From an uncultured bacterium (lineage in GTDB: Bacteria > Verrucomicrobiota > Verrucomicrobiia > Verrucomicrobiales > DEV007), in contig CAXBMO010000021.1 of the NCBI GenBank assembly GCA_963977015.1, forward strand, positions 1-64,000: DNA of 64,000 bases. Direction: 5' to 3'. Positions 30,613 through 41,134 of this stretch are shown here, in pieces. Made by a program: the position numbers and the translations under genes. Each line of letters opens with the position of its first letter. Position 1 is the first letter of the stretch. The notes below the pieces were generated by a model that saw only the letters and a list, made by a program, of their open reading frames with translations, was not told where the DNA came from and did not search any database.

Positions 30613-30639
30613 CAAAAATGGGGGCAGGCTATTTCTACC
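30613..30639. repeat. Third copy of the 23-27-bp terminal repeat
   Basis: CAAAAATGGGGGCAGGCTATTTCTACC matches the reverse complement of 28427-28453 at 26/27 positions. Confidence 0.8.
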
Positions 30640-31052
30640 CAAGAGTTCAATGACGAATGAATTCTAACAAGGATTCTCCCGAAGCCAATCTCGATGGCGT
30701 GGAGACCTCGGTCGTTGCCCGTTCCATGCCTATCAAAGCATTCACACCACTCCACGCTTTTCCCTCTCCTACAAAGCGAGGCGCGCCCCTTCCAAATCCT
30801 GCCTCGAACGACGCTACACAACGCCGCGTAAATCTCGCATATTCATGCCCCCTCCCCATTTCACATCCCGCATCTTGCGAGCTCCGTCGCCCCGCTTCAC
30901 TCCAAACTTTTCTCGCCGCTGAACAAACAAACCCTCAAGGTATTCCTTCGAGCCTTTTTGGTGCCATCCCGGTATCGGGACACCAAACTGATCCGCACCG
31001 CGGAACAGCCTGCGAGAATCACCGCCAAAGTCGATCGAGCACTCGCAAGCGG

Positions 31053-32246
31053 TCAAAGGCCGGAAACGAATCGTTCCAGCCGCTCAAGCGCGGTTTCCAG
31101 TTCCTGCCGGCTGGTGGCGTAGCAGGCGCGGACGCAGCCTTCGCCACTTTGGCCAAAGGCGTTTCCGGGGACCATGGCGACGCTTTCCTGCTCGAGGAGA
31201 TTCATTGCGAAGTCCTTACTGCTGAGACCAAATTTGCTGATATCCGGGAAGAGATAAAAGGCCCCACCAGGAGGAAAACAGGGAATGCCGATCCGCTGGA
31301 ATCCTGAGAGCATCAGGTTCCGACGCATGGCGTACTCGCGTCTCATTTTCTCAACTTCACCGGCTCCGTTGCGCAAGGCTTCGATGGCGGCGGCTTGACT
31401 GGTGATGGGGGCGCAAAGCATGGAGTATTGATGAATCTTCATCATCGCCTCCGTTAGGAACTCGGGGGCACAGGCATATCCCAAGCGAAAACCGGTCATG
31501 GCAAACGCTTTGGAGAACCCGTGCATCAGGATGGTGCGATCGCGCATTCCGGGAAGGGAAGCGATCGAGGTGTGCTTCGGGAGAACGGCGGTGTCGGCAT
31601 CATCGTAGAGCAACTCGCTGTAAATTTCGTCGGTGATGACGATCAAATCATGATCGATCGCGAGCTTGGCAATTTTTGCCAATTCACCCAGTGGCTCGAT
31701 TCCTCCCGTCGGATTCGTCGGGAAGTTGAGCATGATGATGCGGGTTTTGTCGGTGATCGCCGCTTCCACATCCTCCGCCTTCAGGGCAAAGCGGTCTTCG
31801 AGCCGGGTGTGAATCGGCACGGGAACACCATAGGCCATGGCAATCGTCGGACTGTAGGAAACGTAGCACGGTTCGTGGTAAATGACCTCGTCACCAGGGT
31901 TCAGCAAGGCGCGAAAGGCCAAATCCAGAGCCTCGGACACGCCAACGGTGATCAGAATTTCGCTCGCCGGATCATAGTCGACCTGGAACTGACCGTTCAC
32001 ATACGTGCTGATCTCATCGCGAAGCGATTTGAGCCCCAGATTCGACGTATAACTGGTGTTTCCCCTCTCCAGCGAATAGATCGCCGCTTCCCGGATATGC
32101 CACGGCGCCGAGAAATCGGGTTCGCCAACACCGAGGCTGATCACATCATCACGACCTTGTACCAACTCGAAAAAGTCGCGAATGCCGGAACGGGGGACTT
32201 TTTGGAGTTGCCGGGAGATTTTGCTCTGTAGGTGACTCTCACTCAC
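31053..32246 (-). CDS. PLP-dependent aminotransferase class I/II
   Basis: SGIRDFF, ISLGVGEPDF, NFPTNPTG, DEIYSEL, GFSKAFAMTGFRLG; GTG start inferred. Confidence 0.92.
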   Translation of the reverse strand: MSESHLQSKISRQLQKVPRSGIRDFFELVQGRDDVISLGVGEPDFSAPWHIREAAIYSLERGNTSYTSNLGLKSLRDEISTYVNGQFQVDYDPASEILITVGVSEALDLAFRALLNPGDEVIYHEPCYVSYSPTIAMAYGVPVPIHTRLEDRFALKAEDVEAAITDKTRIIMLNFPTNPTGGIEPLGELAKIAKLAIDHDLIVITDEIYSELLYDDADTAVLPKHTSIASLPGMRDRTILMHGFSKAFAMTGFRLGYACAPEFLTEAMMKIHQYSMLCAPITSQAAAIEALRNGAGEVEKMRREYAMRRNLMLSGFQRIGIPCFPPGGAFYLFPDISKFGLSSKDFAMNLLEQESVAMVPGNAFGQSGEGCVRACYATSRQELETALERLERFVSGL

Positions 32247-32442
32247 AATCGGGAGGATAATACACGGGAATCGCCGGTTGCTTTCACCAATGTCAAAAAA
32301 ATTACGGCCCCGGGATGGATGTCGACATTGGATTTGAAATACCCTCAAAAAGACTGATAGTAATACTTAATGCAATTTCCATAATTTAGGAAGAATTGTA
32401 TACTTTCTATTTACCTGCCACCCTGTTCCTCTGCCCTCCTTC

Positions 32443-35400
32443 GTGAATCTCCATAAGCTGCTTACGATCAATCTCTTCGTCAGCCTGGCTTTCGGTTTCT
32501 CAGGGCTGGCGGCCGGGGTTTCAGAAAGCCATTCCCGAATCTTCTTTTCGAACCTGAGTTCCGTGGATGGGTTGGCCAACGGAGAGATCCAGCAGATTCT
32601 GCAAGATCGCCGGGGTCAAGTGTGGTTCGTGCACGAGAATGGCCTGGCCAGATTCGATGGATTCGAACTGCGGGCAATCAATGGCCCGAACTCGATGCAT
32701 GCAGGCGGATGGTGTCATCCCATTTCGGCGCTGGAAGAAGATCACAACGGGTATTTCTGGATGGGAACCCAGGGCGGAGGGTTGATTCGATTTCATCCGG
32801 ATTCGGAATCGTTGCTGGAATATCGCCATGATCCCGAGAACCTGGACTCTCTCAGCCAAGACATCGTCACGGCGGTCCATCGCGATTCCCAGGGGATCAT
32901 CTGGATCGGAACCGAGGAAGGTTTGAACTGGCTCGATCCGCAAACGGGACAGATTCAACGCGTTTTTGAGCATCGACTCAATCAACGGTCGATCACGCAA
33001 ATTGCCGAATCCAACGGTGAACTCTGGGTCGCGACCCGGGGAAGCGGGCTCTTTCTCCAGGCGTCCAACAAGGATTGGCTTCGGGTTTGGAGCGAACCGA
33101 CGGAGATCACCGCGCTGGAGGTGGAGAGTGACGTGATCTGGATGGGAACCCTGGGGAGCGGCGTGTTTCGATTTGATCGCAAGTCCCACACGAGTGAGCA
33201 ATTCTCCAAAGATTCCGGCCTTCTGGGACATGATGTGTTGTCACTGCAACGGGACCCGAACAACGGGCTTTGGGTCGGGACCACCAAAGGACTTTGCCGT
33301 CTGAACCTTGAGACGCTGCAATGGAACCAGTATCTCCATCATCCCTACGATCGAAACAGCCTGGCCCGGGGCGAGGTGCAGGCCATTTTGCGCGATAGCC
33401 GCAATGTCCTGTGGGTCGGAACCAACAGGGGCATGGTCAGTCGCCATCTCCTCCAGCAACGCTGGTTTCCACACCTGAGCAACGATCCGGAGAACCCCAA
33501 TTCCCTCAATGAGAATGCCGTGTTTGGCATGGCCGAAAGCCACGACGGAAGAATCTGGATCGGAACTGAAAATGGTCTCAATCGTTATTCCCCGGAATCC
33601 GGCGACTTTGAGCATTTTCATCAGGAAACGGAGGCCCCACTGGACTTCTACATTTATTCCATCCTGGAAGATCGAAAAGGCAGGGTATGGCTCGGAACCC
33701 GAAATCAAGGATTGCTCCGGCTCGACAGCCCTAACGAGCCCCTCCGAAGATTTGGAGACAAATCCGACTACGTCAGCAAACCCGGGCAAACGGTCGCCTC
33801 CCTTTTGGAAGATCGACAAGGACGAATCTGGATCGCGCTTTCCGGGATCGGGCTGGTTTCCTACCAAGACTCCACCGGGTCCTTTCAAATGGTTGGATCT
33901 GAGTTTGCCGGGCCGCGCTTTATCAATCAACTTCATGAGGACTGGCTGGGACGAATCTGGATTGCGGCGAGCGATGGCGGCTTGTGGCGGTTTCAGCCTG
34001 CGGAAAGCACCTTTGTTCACTACCTGGATTTGCCGGGGGTGGAAGACGAGTTGCCTTCAAACACCGCGTTTGCCCTCGCCAGCAGCGAAGCATCCCGGGA
34101 ATTGTGGATCGGAACCCGAAACGGAGGATTTTCCAGTTTCAAACCGGAGAGCGGCGAATTCGTCCATCACCAACGCAAGAGTCCGGGAAATCCGGCCACC
34201 TGGAAGGTTCAAGGTTTGGTGGTGGGGGCCGACAACTCGCTTTGGATTTCCAGTGATTCGGGGCTTTCCCGGTTCGATCCAGCGTCAGGAACCTTTCGCC
34301 ATTTTTCGGTTCGAGACGGACTTCAGGCGCCCAAATTTCACCCCAATGCGCTCCTCCGAACCCGGAACGGAAGCATCCTGGCGGGAGGCACCAATGGCTT
34401 CAACATCATCGATCCACGTTACCTGCCAGAAAAGCACAAACCGGCGTGGCCATTGCTGACGGACCTGCAGCTCAATGGGGAAACCGTCACGCCATCAGCC
34501 GATGGAATTCTGAAAAAGCCCCTGCCAACCCTGATGGGCGGGCCATTGCGGCTGCCCTTCGACAGCAATCTTCGCTTTGCCTTTCGATTCGGGACTCTGG
34601 ACTATGCCCAATTAGACCACTGCCAGTTCCGCTACCGAATGGCCGGTTTCGAGGATGAGTGGCGACTCGCCGGCGAAGACCGCACGGTCGCCTATCCTGC
34701 CATTCTTCCGGGAAAATATGAGTTTCAGGTCGAGATGACCCCCGACGGGGAACACTGGACCGGGCTCAACCATAACCTTCAAGTGATCGTGGTCCGCCCC
34801 TGGTATCAGCGAGCCTGGGCGATTGCGATTTGGATCCTGCTGGGTCTGGGAATCATTGTTGGCGGGGTTCTCACGTTTCACCGCATTCAACTCGCTCGCG
34901 CCAAAAGCCGGAATGAGCATTTGGAGAACGAGCGCAATCGCGCCAAAGCAGCCCTCGCCCGCCAAGTCCAGTATTCCATGCTGCTGGAGCGAACGAACAC
35001 GGAGTTTCGTCGCAATCTGGACAGCACCCAGGTTTTTGACGCCGCGCTTCGACGCCTGGGTGAACACTTCCAGACGAACCGTTGTATCCTGGCTTCACTT
35101 TCAGAGAACGCGGATGACGGCTTGGAAATTCTTGCCGAATTCATCGAGCCTGATTACACCAGCCAACGCGACATCCAGCTCCCCAAGAGTAATGATCCGT
35201 TAATCTGCGCCATTCTTGATTCTGAACATCCGGTTGCGATCGACAATATATCCTCCAAGACCCCGCAGTTGGATCTCGATGCCCATTCCATTTTGGCCGT
35301 CCGAACCGCGCACCAGAAGAAGCCAAACGGGATCATTCTGCTTCAGCAGTGCAATGGAACGCGCTGCTGGAACGACGAAGAAATCGAATTGCTGGAGTCC

Positions 35401-36699
35401 ATCGCCGACCAGCTGGGGATTGCGGTGGCGCAGTTTTTGCTCTCGCAGAAAGAAGCCCGCCAAGCTCAGGAATTGGAGAATTCCCGCATTGAAGCCGAGG
35501 CCGCGAATCAGGCAAAAAGCGACTTCCTGGCGAAAATGACGCACGAGCTTCGAACGCCACTCAACGCCATCATCGGTTTTTCCGAAGTGATGAGCCGCGA
35601 TGAAAACCTGAACGAGAGACAGAGCGAGCACCTTGCGATCATCAACAGCAGCGGAGAGCATCTCCTCGGGGTCATCAACGATGTCCTTGAAGTCTCCAAG
35701 ATCGAGGCCGGCAAGGCGGAACTGGTGTTGGAGCGGGTTGATCTGGAAAGCCTGCTCAAATCGGTGTTCGGCATGCTGTCCGTTCAATCCGCCAAGAAGG
35801 AGATTGAATTGAATTTTGCGGCGACCTCAACGCTGCCGAAGTGGGTGGAAGCCGACAAAGGCAAGATTCGCCAAATCCTGATCAACCTCCTCAACAACGC
35901 GATCAAGTTCACCAAACAAGGGGGAGTTTCGCTCCGCGTCGGCGCCAACTACCAACAGCCATTTGGAGACGACGCTACGCGTTATCCGTTGGTTCTCGAG
36001 GTTGAGGTGGAGGATACCGGCATGGGAATCCAGGCGGAAGAACTTCCCAAGCTCTTTCAGAAATTCGTCCAGACGACGAGTGGAAAGTCTTCAAGCCAGG
36101 GCACCGGCCTTGGTCTAACCATCGTCAAAGGATTTACCGAGTTGATGGGAGGGCATGTCTCCGTTTCCAGCCAATTTGGCCAGGGGACGACCTTCTCGGT
36201 CGCGATTCCGATGGTTCAACTGGTCGAGGCTCATTCCTCCAATCCCGAATCAGTCGCCCAAAACCTTCAGGTGGAAGGCCTGGTCACGGGTCACCCATCT
36301 GTCCGGGTTCTGATTGCCGATGATCAGCCGGTCAATCTGCTGCTGTTGCGCAAACTTCTCGAGACTGCCGACTTCGACATTGAGGAAGCGACCGATGGAC
36401 AGGAAGCCGTCGAAAAATGGCGCAGCTATCAACCGCACATCATCTTCATGGATGAGGAAATGCCTCATCTGCGGGGCACGGAAGCCACCCGCATCATTGC
36501 GGCCGAGTCTGGTGGACAAATGCCACCGATCATCTCGTTAACGGCATTTGCCCTGGAGGATCAGCGCATCGCGGCGGCCGAAGCGGGGTGTGCCGATTTC
36601 CTGACCAAACCTTTCAAACGCGACGAGCTCTTCGACATCATCGCGAGGCACTTGCCGGTTCAATACCGGTATCGGGAACCCGCCGCCAAGGCCGCGTAA
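32443..36699 (+). CDS. Hybrid sensor kinase: periplasmic Reg_prop beta-propellers + Y_Y_Y, TM, GAF, HisKA, HATPase, receiver
   Basis: Repeated D..G..WIGT..GL blades; FRYRMAG...W, Y..I.PGKY.F.V; TM; R.W...E..LL..IADQLGIA (GAF); HELRTPLNAI; NAIKFT, DTG.GI, GTGLGL; IFMD..MP, KP. Confidence 0.93.
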   Translation: MNLHKLLTINLFVSLAFGFSGLAAGVSESHSRIFFSNLSSVDGLANGEIQQILQDRRGQVWFVHENGLARFDGFELRAINGPNSMHAGGWCHPISALEEDHNGYFWMGTQGGGLIRFHPDSESLLEYRHDPENLDSLSQDIVTAVHRDSQGIIWIGTEEGLNWLDPQTGQIQRVFEHRLNQRSITQIAESNGELWVATRGSGLFLQASNKDWLRVWSEPTEITALEVESDVIWMGTLGSGVFRFDRKSHTSEQFSKDSGLLGHDVLSLQRDPNNGLWVGTTKGLCRLNLETLQWNQYLHHPYDRNSLARGEVQAILRDSRNVLWVGTNRGMVSRHLLQQRWFPHLSNDPENPNSLNENAVFGMAESHDGRIWIGTENGLNRYSPESGDFEHFHQETEAPLDFYIYSILEDRKGRVWLGTRNQGLLRLDSPNEPLRRFGDKSDYVSKPGQTVASLLEDRQGRIWIALSGIGLVSYQDSTGSFQMVGSEFAGPRFINQLHEDWLGRIWIAASDGGLWRFQPAESTFVHYLDLPGVEDELPSNTAFALASSEASRELWIGTRNGGFSSFKPESGEFVHHQRKSPGNPATWKVQGLVVGADNSLWISSDSGLSRFDPASGTFRHFSVRDGLQAPKFHPNALLRTRNGSILAGGTNGFNIIDPRYLPEKHKPAWPLLTDLQLNGETVTPSADGILKKPLPTLMGGPLRLPFDSNLRFAFRFGTLDYAQLDHCQFRYRMAGFEDEWRLAGEDRTVAYPAILPGKYEFQVEMTPDGEHWTGLNHNLQVIVVRPWYQRAWAIAIWILLGLGIIVGGVLTFHRIQLARAKSRNEHLENERNRAKAALARQVQYSMLLERTNTEFRRNLDSTQVFDAALRRLGEHFQTNRCILASLSENADDGLEILAEFIEPDYTSQRDIQLPKSNDPLICAILDSEHPVAIDNISSKTPQLDLDAHSILAVRTAHQKKPNGIILLQQCNGTRCWNDEEIELLESIADQLGIAVAQFLLSQKEARQAQELENSRIEAEAANQAKSDFLAKMTHELRTPLNAIIGFSEVMSRDENLNERQSEHLAIINSSGEHLLGVINDVLEVSKIEAGKAELVLERVDLESLLKSVFGMLSVQSAKKEIELNFAATSTLPKWVEADKGKIRQILINLLNNAIKFTKQGGVSLRVGANYQQPFGDDATRYPLVLEVEVEDTGMGIQAEELPKLFQKFVQTTSGKSSSQGTGLGLTIVKGFTELMGGHVSVSSQFGQGTTFSVAIPMVQLVEAHSSNPESVAQNLQVEGLVTGHPSVRVLIADDQPVNLLLLRKLLETADFDIEEATDGQEAVEKWRSYQPHIIFMDEEMPHLRGTEATRIIAAESGGQMPPIISLTAFALEDQRIAAAEAGCADFLTKPFKRDELFDIIARHLPVQYRYREPAAKAA

Positions 36700-36702
36700 A
36701 TT

Positions 36703-38049
36703 TTACCAGGACCGGTTTCGGGCCCAATCTCCGGTAATGGCCAGCGTCATCCCCGGGCTCTGAATGTTGACGAAGAGCGTGTCGTGATTCGGCGAGAAAC
36801 ATGCACCGGCAAATTCCGAGTTGCTGATCGAGTTCGCCGCCAACGTGTAAAACCGGCCTTCCGGAGTTACGCCGCGCAACATATTCGACTCCTTCTTGGC
36901 ATCCTCGCAGACAATGAGATCTCCCCAACGAGCGATCGTCATGTTGTCACCATTTTGGAGCAACGCGTGATCATTGGGTTCCAGATAGAGCTCCACTTCA
37001 GACGTCTTGGGAAAATAACGCCAGATCTGACCGCCCTGGTTTTCCCCACCGGTTGTGCAGACCCAGTAAATCGCGTCATGCCCATACCACATGCCTTCAC
37101 CACGAGCAAAAATGGAACCGCCTTTTCCCTGGCCCTGAACGCGAAGATCATTCTTGGGCGAATCGATTTCCTCCATCTCCTTCCACTGCGCCTTGAACCG
37201 TCTCCCAACCGGAACCCCCATCGTGGTATCCTGACCCGCAAAATCGTTGATCATGAGCGTTTCGAACTTCCCTTGTTCCAAATTGCCGGGCAAATCGGGA
37301 ACAAACCGGTAAATCAATCCATCCGGAAGATCCTCCGTCAGGTAAACAATCTGCGTCTCCGGATCGACCGCAATCGCCTCATGGCGGAATCGTCCCAAGG
37401 CTGATCGGAGGACCGGTTTCTGCAACTGCGGCGTCAAGGTCGGCCAAACTTCAAAGCAATAGCCATGATTTTGGCCGCGGGACGTCACCATTTCCTTGGG
37501 ATCAGGCTCTTCGCAGGAGATCCAGGTTCCCCACGGCGTCGGTCCCCCCGCACAGTTGCGATCCGTGCCAAACAAGCTCTGAAACTGGCCATCGAGCCGC
37601 TGGCGATGGCAATCGTAAACAAGGGTCGAAGTTCCGCCAAAATAGGGTGATTCACCTTCCGCCCCGACATCGTAACACAGATCCGGATCGAATCCCTCTG
37701 GGAGCCGGGTCAGGTCGTCAAACAGGCCTCCCTCCTTCGTCATGCTCAACGCAAGTTCGTGATTGCGAATGATCACGGTTTGTCCGGTCGGCGCATCAAA
37801 TGCCGCCATTCCGTCCGGCTTTCCAGAAACCTTCCACCCGTCATCCATCAAATCCCCGGTCCGAGACAGCACCTGATAGCTGAATCCGTGGGGAAGATCG
37901 AGAATTCCATCGGGATCGGGAATCAGCGGCCCATAAATAGCGTCACTCTGAACCTGGTTCTCCACGGCAGATCCGCTCAAGCGCTGCAGCCCGGAAAACC
38001 CAACCGTCACGGCGGCTGCGGTTCTCAAAAATTGGCGTCGGGTTTTCAT
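36703..38049 (-). CDS. PhoX / DUF839 family alkaline phosphatase (Tat signal)
   Basis: RRQFL, PDGMAAF, RNHEL, NCAGGPTPWGTWISCEE, GRFRHEA, GEG, DN, CED, EFAGACFSP, VNIQSPG. Confidence 0.9.
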   Translation of the reverse strand: MKTRRQFLRTAAAVTVGFSGLQRLSGSAVENQVQSDAIYGPLIPDPDGILDLPHGFSYQVLSRTGDLMDDGWKVSGKPDGMAAFDAPTGQTVIIRNHELALSMTKEGGLFDDLTRLPEGFDPDLCYDVGAEGESPYFGGTSTLVYDCHRQRLDGQFQSLFGTDRNCAGGPTPWGTWISCEEPDPKEMVTSRGQNHGYCFEVWPTLTPQLQKPVLRSALGRFRHEAIAVDPETQIVYLTEDLPDGLIYRFVPDLPGNLEQGKFETLMINDFAGQDTTMGVPVGRRFKAQWKEMEEIDSPKNDLRVQGQGKGGSIFARGEGMWYGHDAIYWVCTTGGENQGGQIWRYFPKTSEVELYLEPNDHALLQNGDNMTIARWGDLIVCEDAKKESNMLRGVTPEGRFYTLAANSISNSEFAGACFSPNHDTLFVNIQSPGMTLAITGDWARNRSW

Positions 38050-38110
38050 CCCGGCAATCTGGCCCGGCATTCCAGATTTCAAATGGGATTTTCGAACTAT
38101 GAAGAACTTG

Positions 38111-39043
38111 TCACACCACCACTTCCAACGCACCGGGAAGCACTTCCGCAGTTTGCGGCGTTTCCGTCAGCACATCTCCATCCACCTGCACCGGAAGAAT
38201 CGGATCCGTCTCGATCTTCACTTTCTTTACCTGCCAACGCCCAACGAGGTGTGACGCATCCACCACCGCCGCCTCTTCTCCCTTGGGTTCATCTCCCATC
38301 ATCATTCGAACCAACGAGAAGATTCCTTCCACATCCGCCTGGCGAATCAGGATCAAATCCAGCTTTCCGTCATCAATCTCGATTCCCGGCGACAAGGTCA
38401 AACTCCCAACTCCAAACGCTCCGGTATTCGCAATGACGCAGGCAACCGCTTCCGCGTAAACTTCCCGTTCATCATCAATCGTAATCCGATATTTGGCAAC
38501 GCTCACTTCCTGCAGGGCCTTGGCCGCAGCAAACGCATAAGCCCACCTGCCAAACTGTTTCTTGAGTTCGCGACTCGCATCCTGCAGCACATCGGTTTCA
38601 AACCCACATCCAGCCCGGAGCAAAAACGGATATTTGCCCAGGTGCCCCACATCCAGTCGCCTCGTATTAAACTCATCGCCGGTAATTCTCTGGAGCGATT
38701 TGGTCAATTCCTTGGGCAAGTCCAATTCCTTGGCCACGAGATTCCCCGTCCCCCCCTGTAGAATCAAAAGCGGCACATCCGACTTCAAAAGTCCTTCAGA
38801 AACGTCCATCACCGTGCCGTCGCCACCGAAACAGGCAACAACATCCGCGCCACGCTCCACCGCTTTCCGCGCCGCATTTGCGCCATCTCCAAATTCATGA
38901 GTCACGGAGACTTCAAAGCGAATTCCAGCCGGCCGGAGGATCTCGTTCAACGTATGAATCAGCGGAACCCGCTTGCCCGTCGCCGGATTTACAATTACGT
39001 GAATGGATGCGGGCTTTGCCCTCTTCTGCATTTCCTGTAGCAT
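38111..39043 (-). CDS. Diacylglycerol/lipid kinase family (YegS/BmrU)
   Basis: IVNP, GGDGT, GGTGNL.A, DDGKLD, QVDGD. Confidence 0.9.
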   Translation of the reverse strand: MLQEMQKRAKPASIHVIVNPATGKRVPLIHTLNEILRPAGIRFEVSVTHEFGDGANAARKAVERGADVVACFGGDGTVMDVSEGLLKSDVPLLILQGGTGNLVAKELDLPKELTKSLQRITGDEFNTRRLDVGHLGKYPFLLRAGCGFETDVLQDASRELKKQFGRWAYAFAAAKALQEVSVAKYRITIDDEREVYAEAVACVIANTGAFGVGSLTLSPGIEIDDGKLDLILIRQADVEGIFSLVRMMMGDEPKGEEAAVVDASHLVGRWQVKKVKIETDPILPVQVDGDVLTETPQTAEVLPGALEVVV

Positions 39044-39115
39044 TTTCGTTACATGTTTCCCGTTTCAAGGGAGTAGCATCTTAGTATCATGCCGCCGTTT
39101 CTCAAAGCCGCAGCA

Positions 39116-39811
39116 ATGCCAAAAATCTTGATAGTTGATGATGAGCCCGATGTTCGGGAACTGGTGGAATTTAATCTGACGAAAGAAGGATGGAATGTTA
39201 TTGAAGCCGAAAATGGCCTGGAGGGGATGAAAAAGGCAAAAAAGGAAGCTCCCGATCTCATCATTCTCGATCTAAACATGCCGGAAATGGATGGCATGAC
39301 GATGTTTAAGTATCTGCGAGAGAGCAAGAAAACTCAAGATATCCCGGTTTTGATGCTGACGGCCAAGAAGGAACTGGATGATAAGTTGGAGGGATTGGCA
39401 GTGGGCGCAGATGACTACGTTTCCAAGCCGTTCAGCACCAAGGAGCTCGTCTTGAGGGTTCGAAATCTCGCAAAACGATCCCAAAAACCCAAAAACCCGG
39501 GAGAACTGACGACGGGCTCCTTTCGGCTCGACCGCAACAACCTCAAATTTTACCTGTCAGATGAGCCGATCGACCTCACGGCAACGGAGTTCAAATTGTT
39601 GCTCATCTTGATCGAGAATCTTGGAGAAGATCAGGATCGTGGAGACTTGTTGAGCCGCATCTGGGGTTACGACGAACGCATCCAAACCCGGACGCTCGAT
39701 ACCCACGTGAAGCGATTGCGCGAGAAATTGGGCCAATATGGAGATTGTATCGAAACCGTGCGAGGCATCGGCTATCGCTTCAAGCAGCCGGTGGAAGAAG
39801 ATGAGGCGTAA
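39116..39811 (+). CDS. phoB: OmpR-family response regulator, PhoB/PhoP-like
   Basis: ILIVDD, LDLNMP, MLTAK, GADDYVSKPF, LTATEF, RTLDTHVKRLREKL, TVRGIGY; upstream of a PhoR-like kinase. Confidence 0.8.
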   Translation: MPKILIVDDEPDVRELVEFNLTKEGWNVIEAENGLEGMKKAKKEAPDLIILDLNMPEMDGMTMFKYLRESKKTQDIPVLMLTAKKELDDKLEGLAVGADDYVSKPFSTKELVLRVRNLAKRSQKPKNPGELTTGSFRLDRNNLKFYLSDEPIDLTATEFKLLLILIENLGEDQDRGDLLSRIWGYDERIQTRTLDTHVKRLREKLGQYGDCIETVRGIGYRFKQPVEEDEA

Positions 39812-39817
39812 ATTGTC

Positions 39818-41134
39818 GTGATCGCTGCCTTTGTCGCGTGGGTCGCCTCGCTGGGACTCATCGCCCTGCTCCTTTATCACCTGCGATTGCGTAGCTCTCT
39901 CGCAAAACTGGAGGAGAGGTTTCGCGATCCGGACAGCCATTTGGCGCCCCCCGAAACCGAAGTGCGTTTTCTGACGCCTTCCTCGGTCAAACACCTGGCG
40001 AATCAAATCAATCGCCAAATGGATGAACGGGTCGAGCGAATCGCCCTGGAAAATCGGCAAAAACGCCTCACGGAATCCATTCTGGACCAATTTGAAGATG
40101 GCTTTCTCATCGTCCGGGAAGATCTGAGAATTGGGTTCGCCAATACCGCAGCCCGGCAGTCTTTTGCCCACAAATCAGAGATCATCAACATCCCGGTCAT
40201 TGAAGCGTTTCTCGATCATCGAATCGTCAAAGTGATTCAGGACGCGCTCAACAGTCCAAAGAAACGGAAGGCAACGATTCGAATGGAAGAGCGAATCGAA
40301 AAGGACGGTCAGCAAATGAACCGCTTTCTGATGGTGGAAGCGGGCCCCCTGCCCTTCCCGATGCAAGGCGTCGCCGGCGTCTGGGTAATCCTTCGGGATG
40401 AATCGGAACGCCACTACCTGGAGCAAACCCGGCGGGATTTCGTCGCCAATGCCTCCCATGAACTCCGCACCCCCCTTTCCATCATTACCGGTTATCTGGA
40501 GAACCTGATTGATGGCGATGTCACCGATCCGGAAATGATGACCCGCTTCCTCACCGTGATGAACAAACACGCGATTCGACTGGGCCGCATCGTTGAGGAC
40601 ATGCTCACCATCTCCAAATTGGAGAACAACTCCGAGCTCATTCGCACCGAGCCGTTTGACCTGCTGGAAAGTGCTGCGGACATGGTCGAACACCTCCAAC
40701 TCTTGATCACCGAAAAAGACGCCAATGTCGTGATCGACATGCCGGAAGATCGCTCAATCATTGGCGACCGGTTTTACTGGGACCAGATCTTTTTCAACCT
40801 GATCGAAAACTCCCTGAAGCAGAATGATCATTCCGGGTTGGAGATTGAAATTCGGCTGCGCCCCGACGCGGCGAATGAACATTTCATTCTCGAGATCAGC
40901 GACAACGGCGTCGGGATTCCCAGCTCGGACCTGCCTCACGTTTTCAAGCGATTCTACCGGGTCGAAAAAACGCATACCGCCAAAGAGATCAAAGGCACGG
41001 GATTGGGTCTTTCCATCGTCAATCGCGCGATCGAGGCCCACGGTGGAACCATGACCGTTCACAGCCAACCCGGCATCCGAACGACCTTTCAAATCACGAT
41101 TCCCAAGCCCAAAGCAACCGACTCAGGAACTTGA
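39818..41134 (+). CDS. phoR: PhoR-like sensor histidine kinase
   Basis: TM + PAS; RRDFVANASHELRTPL; NLIEN, DNGVGIP, FYRV, GTGLGLSIV. Confidence 0.85.
   Translation: MIAAFVAWVASLGLIALLLYHLRLRSSLAKLEERFRDPDSHLAPPETEVRFLTPSSVKHLANQINRQMDERVERIALENRQKRLTESILDQFEDGFLIVREDLRIGFANTAARQSFAHKSEIINIPVIEAFLDHRIVKVIQDALNSPKKRKATIRMEERIEKDGQQMNRFLMVEAGPLPFPMQGVAGVWVILRDESERHYLEQTRRDFVANASHELRTPLSIITGYLENLIDGDVTDPEMMTRFLTVMNKHAIRLGRIVEDMLTISKLENNSELIRTEPFDLLESAADMVEHLQLLITEKDANVVIDMPEDRSIIGDRFYWDQIFFNLIENSLKQNDHSGLEIEIRLRPDAANEHFILEISDNGVGIPSSDLPHVFKRFYRVEKTHTAKEIKGTGLGLSIVNRAIEAHGGTMTVHSQPGIRTTFQITIPKPKATDSGT

Noticed and set aside
39044-39115. Pho box between the lipid kinase and phoB
   Set aside because: No 11-bp-periodic CTGTCAT-like direct repeats visible
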